From Felis catus (lineage: Eukaryota), in the NCBI RefSeq assembly GCF_018350175.1, contig NC_058383.1, forward strand, positions 16,556,001 to 16,620,000: a stretch of 64,000 nucleotides of DNA, written 5' to 3'. The notes below the pieces were generated by a model. The model was given only the letters and a program-made list of their open reading frames with translations. It made no database searches and was not told the origin of the DNA. How positions within the stretch are numbered: the stretch's first letter is position 1; the number at the start of each line of letters is the position of its first letter. A program made the position numbers and the translations under genes. Shown one piece after another: positions 54,501-64,000 of this stretch.

Positions 54501-57500
54501 TGATGTCGGTTACCGCACAGCCTTGCATCTGGGCGACGCACATGGGGCGCATCCCTGTGAGGCCCCGCAAGCATTTCTAACCCTGGTAACTTTAGGGGAA
54601 GGAGAAGTTGGTCGACGTCTGGACACCGCCCCCTGTTGGCTGCACAGCCTTGAGGGCACGGGGCTCGCCTCGTCGCCCCGCCGGGCTTCTCAGCAGACAG
54701 TTCGTGCTTAGGGAAATGGGGTGTCAGTTGAAAGAGGCCCTCCGCACGAGTGTGCTTCCCGGAGCTGAGTCGAGGGGACGGGCCCTCTCGGCCCCGCAGT
54801 GCTCTCCAGCAAGCACTTCCGCCTTAGTGGAACAACGTGTTGGTTGAAAGCTGGCTTATCCCAACTGGAGTTTCTCTGGCAGAGTTCAGTCCCTGGGACT
54901 TTTCAGGCAGGCACGGCAGACTATTTCCAAGGCTTCTTTCTTCATGAAGGGAGAAGGAAAGAGGGTGGTCCCACACTGAGGTTTCACAGAGTGGAGGCCC
55001 TAGCATTGCCCTGCGAATTGACCGAGGGGTTGGGAAAGCCTGCCAACCTGTTGCAACCAGGCGTTGCTGAGCTGAAAAAGGCTTCCCACCGTGCTGTGTT
55101 TCACTCTGTGGCTCTTTGCAGCCTGGCTCCACACAGCTTTGCACACACGTCTAGCTTTGGGAAACGAGAGGGTCGTCACAGCAAGGATGCAGCCCAGTGT
55201 CGTTTCACCACAAGAGTGTGAGGCAGTCTCCGCACAGGTCATGCCTCGTTTCCCAGACACTTGTCAGTTGGGGAAACCCCAATATGTGTGAAACGCGTAT
55301 CGCCGGACCGTGGTTCCACACAGCTCCCTTGGTGGACACGTCGCGTTCAGCGCCCCCGTCTCAGTGTTTCCAAGGCTTCTAACTGTGGGAACCGAGATGT
55401 TCGTTCCAAGCGGGATCTTATGGCCCCACTCCGAAACCACCCCACAAGCACACTCCCACGGTCTTCTTTCCTGCACCTCAGCCCAGGGAGCTTACCTTGT
55501 CGGCCAGCGTCAGTTTTCCAACACTTGTGTACCTTAGCCACACCAGCTGTCAGTGGCTAGACGGTCTCCCCACCTTGAGGCTTCTGAGAGGTGCGGAGAC
55601 GCCACTGGCCTGACAGCTCCGTTCTCGTGGGGCCGCTGCAGACACTGCTGACACGAGGGAAGCAAGATGGGTTCTCGGGGAAGGATTGCCCATAGTGGCT
55701 TAGGAGCGAGTTCTGCGTCCGGTACTGTCGTCCTGTGGCCCCACCGAGGTTTTCCCACCCCCTTGACTGTGTGAAACGAGGTGTCCGTCCGTGGGACAGG
55801 TGGAGTCACCATAGTGTGGTTTCTCCAGATGAGCTGAGGACAGTCTAACGCCCAGGGTCGGTACACCTACTCCCACACTTCTGACTTCCCGGAGTCCACT
55901 GAGGTCAGGTGATGTCGGTTACCGCACAGCCTTGCATCTGGGCGACGCACATGGGGCGCATCCCTGTGAGGCCCCGCAAGCATTTCTAACCCTGGTAACT
56001 TTAGGGGAAGGAGAAGTTGGTCGACGTCTGGACACCGCCCCCTGTTGGCTGCACAGCCTTGAGGGCACGGGGCTCGCCTCGTCGCCCCGCCGGGCTTCTC
56101 AGCAGACAGTTCGTGCTTAGGGAAATGGGGTGTCAGTTGAAAGAGGCCCTCCGCACGAGTGTGCTTCCCGGAGCTGAGTCGAGGGGACGGGCCCTCTCGG
56201 CCCCGCAGTGCTCTCCAGCAAGCACTTCCGCCTTAGTGGAACAACGTGTTGGTTGAAAGCTGGCTTTCCCCAACTGGAGTTTCTCTGGCAGAGTTCAGTC
56301 CCTGGGACTTTTCAGGCAGGCACGGCAGACTATTTCCAAGGCTTCTTTCTTCATGAAGGGAGAAGGAAAGAGGGTGGTCCCACACTGAGGTTTCACAGAG
56401 TGGAGGCCCTAGCATTGCCCTGCGAATTGACCGAGGGGTTGGGAAAGCCTGCCAACCTGTTGCAACCAGGCGATGCTGAGCTGAAAAAGGCTTCCCACCG
56501 TGCTGTGTTTCACTCTGTGGCTCTTTGCAGCCTGGCTCCACACAGCTTTGCACACACGTCTAGCTTTGGGAAACGAGAGGGTCGTCACAGCAAGGATGCA
56601 GCCCAGTGTCGTTTCACCACAAGAGTGTGAGGCAGTCTCCGCACAGGTCATGCCTCGTTTCCCAGACACTTGTCAGTTGGGGAAACCCCAATATGTGTGA
56701 AACGCGTATCGCCGGACCGTGGTTCCACACAGCTCCCTTGGTGGACACGTCGCGTTCAGCGCCCCCGTCTCAGTGTTTCCAAGGCTTCTAACTGTGGGAA
56801 CCGAGATGTTCGTTCCAAGCGGGATCTTATGGCCCCACTCCGAAACCACCCCACAAGCACACTCCCACGGTCTTCTTTCCTGCACCTCAGCCCAGGGAGC
56901 TTACCTTGTCGGCCAGCGTCAGTTTTCCAACACTTGTGTACCTTAGCCACACCAGCTGTCAGTGGCTAGACGGTCTCCCCACCTTGAGGCTTCTGAGAGG
57001 TGCGGAGACGCCACTGGCCTGACAGCTCCGTTCTCGTGGGGCCGCTGCAGACACTGCTGACACGAGGGAAGCAAGATGGGTTCTCGGGGAAGGATTGCCC
57101 ATAGTGGCTTAGGAGCGAGTTCTGCGTCCGGTACTGTCGTCGTATGGCCCCACCGAGGTTTTCCCACCCCCTTGACTGTGTGAAACGAGGTGTCCGTCCG
57201 TGGGACAGGTGGAGTCACCATAGTGTGGTTTCTCCAGATGAGCTTAGGACAGTCTAACGCCCAGGGTCGGTACACCTACTCCCACACTTCTGACTTCCCG
57301 GAGTCCACTGAGGTCAGGTGATGTCGGTTACCGCACAGCCTTGCATCTGGGCGACGCACATGGGGCGCATCCCTGTGAGGCCCCGCAAGCATTTCTAACC
57401 CTGGTAACTTTAGGGGAAGGAGAAGTTGGTCGACGTCTGGACACCGCCCCCTGTTGGCTGCACAGCCTTGAGGGCACGGGGCTCGCCTCGTCGCCCCGCC

Positions 57501-60500
57501 GGGCTTCTCAGCAGACAGTTCGTGCTTAGGGAATCGGGTGTCAGTTGAAAGAGGCCCTCCGCACGAGTGTGCTTCCCGGAGCTGAGTCGAGGGGACGGGC
57601 CCTCTCGGCCCCGCAGTGCTCTCCAGCAAGCACTTCCGCCTTAGTGGAACAACGTGTTGGTTGAAAGCTGGCTTATCCCAACTGGAGTTTCTCTGGCAGA
57701 GTTCAGTCCCTGGGACTTTTCAGGCAGGCACGGCAGACTATTTCCAAGGCTTCTTTCTTCATGAAGGGAGAAGGAAAGAGGGTGGTCCCACACTGAGGTT
57801 TCACAGAGTGGAGGCCCTAGCATTGCCCTGCGAATTGACCGAGGGGTTGGGAAAGCCTGCCAACCTGTTGCAACCAGGCGTTGCTGAGCTGAAAAAGGCT
57901 TCCCACCGTGCTGTGTTTCACTCTGTGGCTCTTTGCAGCCTGGCTCCACACAGCTTTGCACACACGTCTAGCTTTGGGAAACGAGAGGGTCGTCACAGCA
58001 AGGATGCAGCCCAGTGTCGTTTCACCACAAGAGTGTGAGGCAGTCTCCGCACAGGTCATGCCTCGTTTCCCAGACACTTGTCAGTTGGGGAAACCCCAAT
58101 ATGTGTGAAACGCGTATCGCCGGACCGTGGTTCCACACAGCTCCCTTGGTGGACACCTCGCGTTCAGCGCCCCCGTCTCAGTGTTTCCAAGGCTTCTAAC
58201 TGTGGGAACCGAGATGTTCGTTCCAAGCGGGATCTTATGGCCCCACTCCGAAACCACCCCACAAGCACACTCCCACGGTCTTCTTTCCTGCACCTCAGCC
58301 CAGGGAGCTTACCTTGTCGGCCAGCGTCAGTTTTCCAACACTTGTGTACCTTAGCCACACCAGCTGTCAGTGGCTAGACGGTCTCCCCACCTTGAGGCTT
58401 CTGAGAGGTGCGGAGACGCCACTGGCCTGACAGCTCCGTTCTCGTGGGGCCGCTGCAGACACTGCTGACACGAGGGAAGCAAGATGGGTTCTCGGGGAAG
58501 GATTGCCCATAGTGGCTTAGGAGCGAGTTCTGCGTCCGGTACTGTCGTCGTATGGCCCCACCGAGGTTTTCCCACCCCCTTGACTGTGTGAAACGAGGTG
58601 TCCGTCCGTGGGACAGGTGGAGTCACCATAGTGTGGTTTCTCCAGATGAGCTGAGGACAGTCTAACGCCCAGGGTCGGTACACCTACTCCCACACTTCTG
58701 ACTTCCCGGAGTCCACTGAGGTCAGGTGATGTCGGTTACCGCACAGCCTTGCATCTGGGCGACGCACATGGGGCGCATCCCTGTGAGGCCCCGCAAGCAT
58801 TTCTAACCCTGGTAACTTTAGGGGAAGGAGAAGTTGGTCGACGTCTGGACACCGCCCCCTGTTGGCTGCACAGCCTTGAGGGCACGGGGCTCGCCTCGTC
58901 GCCCCGCCGGGCTTCTCAGCAGACAGTTCGTGCTTAGGGAAATGGGGTGTCAGTTGAAAGAGGCCCTCCGCACGAGTGTGCTTCCCGGAGCTGAGTCGAG
59001 GGGACGGGCCCTCTCGGCCCCGCAGTGCTCTCCAGCAAGCACTTCCGCCTTAGTGGAACAACGTGTTGGTTGAAAGCTGGCTGTCCCCAACTGGAGTTTC
59101 TCTGGCAGAGTTCAGTCCCTGGGACTTTTCAGGCAGGCACGGCAGACTATTTCCAAGGCTTCTTCCTTCGTGAAGGGAGAAGGAAAAACGGTGGTCCCAC
59201 ACTGAGGTTTCACAGAGTGGAGGCCCTAGCATTGCCCTGCGAATTGACCGAGGGGTTGGGAAAGCCTGCCAACCTGTTGCAACCAGGCGATGCTGAGCTG
59301 AAAAAGGCTTCCCACCGTGCTGTGTTTCACTCTGTGGCTCTTTGCAGCCTGGCTCCACACAGCTTTGCACACACGTCTAGCTTTGGGAAACGAGAGGGTC
59401 GTCACAGCAAGGATGCAGCCCAGTGTCGTTTCACCACAAGAGTGTGAGGCAGTCTCCGCACAGGTCATGCCTCGTTTCCCAGACACTTGTCAGTTGGGGA
59501 AACCCCAATATGTGTGAAACGCGTATCGCCGGACCGTGGTTCCACACAGCTCCCTTGGTGGACACCTCGCGTTCAGCGCCCCCGTCTCAGTGTTTCCAAG
59601 GCTTCTAACTGTGGGAACCGAGATGTTCGTTCCAAGCGGGATCTTATGGCCCCACTCCGAAACCACCCCACAAGCACTCTCCCACGGTCTTCTTTCCTGC
59701 ACCTCAGCCCAGGGAGCTTACCTTGTCGGCCAGCGTCAGTTTTCCAACACTTGTGTACCTTAGCCACACCAGCTGTCAGTGGCTAGACGGTCTCCCCACC
59801 TTGAGGCTTCTGAGAGGTGCGGAGACGCCACTGGCCTGACAGCTCCGTTCTCGTGGGGCCGCTGCAGACACTGCTGACACGAGGGAAGCAAGATGGGTTC
59901 TCGGGGAAGGATTGCCCATAGTGGCTTAGGAGCGAGTTCTGCGTCCGGTACTGTCGTCGTATGGCCCCACCGAGGTTTTCCCACCCCCTTGACTGTGTGA
60001 AACGAGGTGTCCGTCCGTGGGACAGGTGGAGTCACCATAGTGTGGTTTCTCCAGATGAGCTGAGGACAGTCTAACGCCCAGGGTCGGTACACCTACTCCC
60101 ACACTTCTGACTTCCCGGAGTCCACTGAGGTCAGGTGATGTCGGTTACCGCACAGCCTTGCATCTGGGCGACGCACATGGGGCGCATCCCTGTGAGGCCC
60201 CGCAAGCATTTCTAACCCTGGTAACTTTAGGGGAAGGAGAAGTTGGTCGACGTCTGGACACCGCCCCCTGTTGGCTGCACAGCCTTGAGGGCACGGGGCT
60301 CGCCTCGTCGCCCCGCCGGGCTTCTCAGCAGACAGTTCGTGCTTAGGGAATCGGGGTGTCAGTTGAAAGAGGCCCTCCGCACGAGTGTGCTTCCCGGAGC
60401 TGAGTCGAGGGGACGGGCCCTCTCGGCCCCGCAGTGCTCTCCAGCAAGCACTTCCGCCTTAGTGGAACAACGTGTTGGTTGAAAGCTGGCTTTCCCCAAC

Positions 60501-63500
60501 TGGAGTTTCTCTGGCAGAGTTCAGTCCCTGGGACTTTTCAGGCAGGCACGGCAGACTATTTCCAAGGCTTCTTTCTTCATGAAGGGAGAAGGAAAGAGGG
60601 TGGTCCCACACTGAGGTTTCACAGAGTGGAGGCCCTAGCATTGCCCTGCGAATTGACCGAGGGGTTGGGAAAGCCTGCCAACCTGTTGCAACCAGGCGAT
60701 GCTGAGCTGAAAAAGGCTTCCCACCGTGCTGTGTTTCACTCTGTGGCTCTTTGCAGCCTGGCTCCACACAGCTTTGCACACACGTCTAGCTTTGGGAAAC
60801 GAGAGGGTCGTCACAGCAAGGATGCAGCCCAGTGTCGTTTCACCACAAGAGTGTGAGGCAGTCTCCGCACAGGTCATGCCTCGTTTCCCAGACACTTGTC
60901 AGTTGGGGAAACCCCAATATGTGTGAAACGCGTATCGCCGGACCGTGGTTCCACACAGCTCCCTTGGTGGACACCTCGCGTTCAGCGCCCCCGTCTCAGT
61001 GTTTCCAAGGCTTCTAACTGTGGGAACCGAGATGTTCGTTCCAAGCGGGATCTTATGGCCCCACTCCGAAACCACCCCACAAGCACACTCCCACGGTCTT
61101 CTTTCCTGCACCTCAGCCCAGGGAGCTTACCTTGTCGGCCAGCGTCAGTTTTCCAACACTTGTGTACCTTAGCCACACCAGCTGTCAGTGGCTAGACGGT
61201 CTCCCCACCTTGAGGCTTCTGAGAGGTGCGGAGACGCCACTGGCCTGACAGCTCCGTTCTCGTGGGGCCGCTGCAGACACTGCTGACACGAGGGAAGCAA
61301 GATGGGTTCTCGGGGAAGGATTGCCCATAGTGGCTTAGGAGCGAGTTCTGCGTCCGGTACTGTCGTCCTGTGGCCCCACCGAGGTTTTCCCACCCCCTTG
61401 ACTGTGTGAAACGAGGTGTCCGTCCGTGGGACAGGTGGAGTCACCATAGTGTGGTTTCTCCAGATGAGCTTAGGACAGTCTAACGCCCAGGGTCGGTACA
61501 CCTACTCCCACACTTCTGACTTCCCGGAGTCCACTGAGGTCAGGTGATGTCGGTTACCGCACAGCCTTGCATCTGGGCGACGCACATGGGGCGCATCCCT
61601 GTGAGGCCCCGCAAGCATTTCTAACCCTGGTAACTTTAGGGGAAGGAGAAGTTGGTCGACGTCTGGACACCGCCCCCTGTTGGCTGCACAGCCTTGAGGG
61701 CACGGGGCTCGCCTCGTCGCCCCGCCGGGCTTCTCAGCAGACAGTTCGTGCTTAGGGAAATGGGGTGTCAGTTGAAAGAGGCCCTCCGCACGAGTGTGCT
61801 TCCCGGAGCTGAGTCGAGGGGACGGGCCCTCTCGGCCCCGCAGTGCTCTCCAGCAAGCACTTCCGCCTTAGTGGAACAACGTGTTGGTTGAAAGCTGGCT
61901 TATCCCAACTGGAGTTTCTCTGGCAGAGTTCAGTCCCTGGGACTTTTCAGGCAGGCACGGCAGACTATTTCCAAGGCTTCTTTCTTCATGAAGGGAGAAG
62001 GAAAGAGGGTGGTCCCACACTGAGGTTTCACAGAGTGGAGGCCCTAGCATTGCCCTGCGAATTGACCGAGGGGTTGGGAAAGCCTGCCAACCTGTTGCAA
62101 CCAGGCGATGCTGAGCTGAAAAAGGCTTCCCACCGTGCTGTGTTTCACTCTGTGGCTCTTTGCAGCCTGGCTCCACACAGCTTTGCACACACGTCTAGCT
62201 TTGGGAAACGAGAGGGTCGTCACAGCAAGGATGCAGCCCAGTGTCGTTTCACCACAAGAGTGTGAGGCAGTCTCCGCACAGGTCATGCCTCGTTTCCCAG
62301 ACACTTGTCAGTTGGGGAAACCCCAATATGTGTGAAACGCGTATCGCCGGACCGTGGTTCCACACAGCTCCCTTGGTGGACACGTCGCGTTCAGCGCCCC
62401 CGTCTCAGTGTTTCCAAGGCTTCTAACTGTGGGAACCGAGATGTTCGTTCCAAGCGGGATCTTATGGCCCCACTCCGAAACCACCCCACAAGCACACTCC
62501 CACGGTCTTCTTTCCTGCACCTCAGCCCAGGGAGCTTACCTTGTCGGCCAGCGTCAGTTTTCCAACACTTGTGTACCTTAGCCACACCAGCTGTCAGTGG
62601 CTAGACGGTCTCCCCACCTTGAGGCTTCTGAGAGGTGCGGAGACGCCACTGGCCTGACAGCTCCGTTCTCGGGGGGCCGCTGCAGACACTGCTGACACGA
62701 GGGAAGCAAGATGGGTTCTCGGGGAAGGATTGCCCATAGTGGCTTAGGAGCGAGTTCTGCGTCCGGTACTGTCGTCGTATGGCCCCGCCGAGGTTTTCCC
62801 ACCCCCTTGACTGTGTGAAACGAGGTGTCCGTCCGTGGGACAGGTGGAGTCACCATAGTGTGGTTTCTCCAGATGAGCTGAGGACAGTCTAACGCCCAGG
62901 GTCGGTACACCTACTCCCACACTTCTGACTTCCCGGAGTCCACTGAGGTCAGGTGATGTCGGTTACCGCACAGCCTTGCATCTGGGCGACGCACATGGGG
63001 CGCATCCCTGTGAGGCCCCGCAAGCATTTCTAACCCTGGTAACTTTAGGGGAAGGAGAAGTTGGTCGACGTCTGGACACCGCCCCCTGTTGGCTGCACAG
63101 CCTTGAGGGCACGGGGCTCGCCTCGTCGCCCCGCCGGGCTTCTCAGCAGACAGTTCGTGCTTAGGGAATCGGGGTGTCAGTTGAAAGAGGCCCTCCGCAC
63201 GAGTGTGCTTCCCGGAGCTGAGTCGAGGGGACGGGCCCTCTCGGCCCCGCAGTGCTCTCCAGCAAGCACTTCCGCCTTAGTGGAACAACGTGTTGGTTGA
63301 AAGCTGGCTTTCCCCAACTGGAGTTTCTCTGGCAGAGTTCAGTCCCTGGGACTTTTCAGGCAGGCACGGCAGACTATTTCCAAGGCTTCTTTCTTCATGA
63401 AGGGAGAAGGAAAGAGGGTGGTCCCACACTGAGGTTTCACAGAGTGGAGGCCCTAGCATTGCCCTGCGAATTGACCGAGGGGTTGGGAAAGCCTGCCAAC

Positions 63501-64000
63501 CTGTTGCAACCAGGCGTTGCTGAGCTGAAAAAGGCTTCCCACCGTGCTGTGTTTCACTCTGTGGCTCTTTGCAGCCTGGCTCCACACAGCTTTGCACACA
63601 CGTCTAGCTTTGGGAAACGAGAGGGTCGTCACAGCAAGGATGCAGCCCAGTGTCGTTTCACCACAAGAATGTGAGGCAGTCTCCGCACAGGTCATGCCTC
63701 GTTTCCCAGACACTTGTCAGTTGGGGAAACCCCAATATGTGTGAAACGCGTATCGCCGGACCGTGGTTCCACACAGCTCCCTTGGTGGACACCTCGCGTT
63801 CAGCGCCCCCGTCTCAGTGTTTCCAAGGCTTCTAACTGTGGGAACCGAGATGTTCGTTCCAAGCGGGATCTTATGGCCCCACTCCGAAACCACCCCACAA
63901 GCACACTCCCACGGTCTTCTTTCCTGCACCTCAGCCCAGGGAGCTTACCTTGTCGGCCAGCGTCAGTTTTCCAACACTTGTGTACCTTAGCCACACCAGC

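Larger units (their letters stand above)
361..64000. repeat. Tandem macrosatellite/satellite array, ~1,409-bp monomer, 44 full copies plus one nearly complete, truncated by the window end
   Basis: Landmarks recur at 1,407-1,410-bp steps. The GTGCTCTCCAGCAAGCAC segment starts at 1266, 2674, 4081, 5488, 6897 ... 61843, 63252 (45 occurrences). Taking the array start as phase, monomers begin at 361, 2079, ... 62657. All copies are head-to-tail in one orientation, and interior copies differ only at scattered single positions. Confidence 0.99.

Noticed and set aside
361..64000. Hundreds of 60-160 aa ORFs repeated in every monomer (e.g. MLSSKHF..., MSVGETP..., MYRPWAL...)
   Set aside because: They overlap in all six frames and many start at GTG/TTG. 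I recognise no domain, and monomer variants create stops and frameshifts freely. This is expected for GC-rich non-coding DNA.
361..64000. Identification as a named 1.4-kb satellite (human SST1/NBL2 or bovine 1.715 satellite I)
   Set aside because: Only the unit length agrees. I do not recognise sequence similarity and see no clear 31-bp sub-repeat. A BLAST or Dfam search is needed.
361..64000. CRISPR array or tandem mobile-element/LTR array
   Set aside because: There is no repeat-spacer structure, no terminal inverted repeats, no LTR termini or poly(A) tails, and no transposase or reverse transcriptase coding.

Overview
The window is almost entirely one eukaryotic, probably mammalian, satellite array. 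Bases 1-360 are a degenerate CA/AT-rich low-complexity flank. From 361 to the end is a head-to-tail tandem array of a GC- and CpG-rich monomer of about 1,409 bp: 44 complete copies plus most of a 45th, running off the right edge. No credible protein-coding gene, RNA gene, transposon ORF or CRISPR array is present; the hundreds of short ORFs are one set of chance frames repeated per monomer. Every monomer carries a CENP-B box with all 9 essential bases (GTTCGTTCCAAGCGGGA). Nearly every monomer also carries a strong CTCF-like motif on the minus strand, roughly half a period away. This suggests a (peri)centromeric, CENP-B-binding macrosatellite with possible insulator capacity. Monomer variants form an A-B-C 3-mer higher-order repeat (4,227 bp) from about 5 to 48 kb that fades into near-consensus monomers further in. 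The edge monomer is the most diverged, shows CpG decay, and has an internal 310-bp tandem duplication. I cannot assign a species or a named satellite family from memory.
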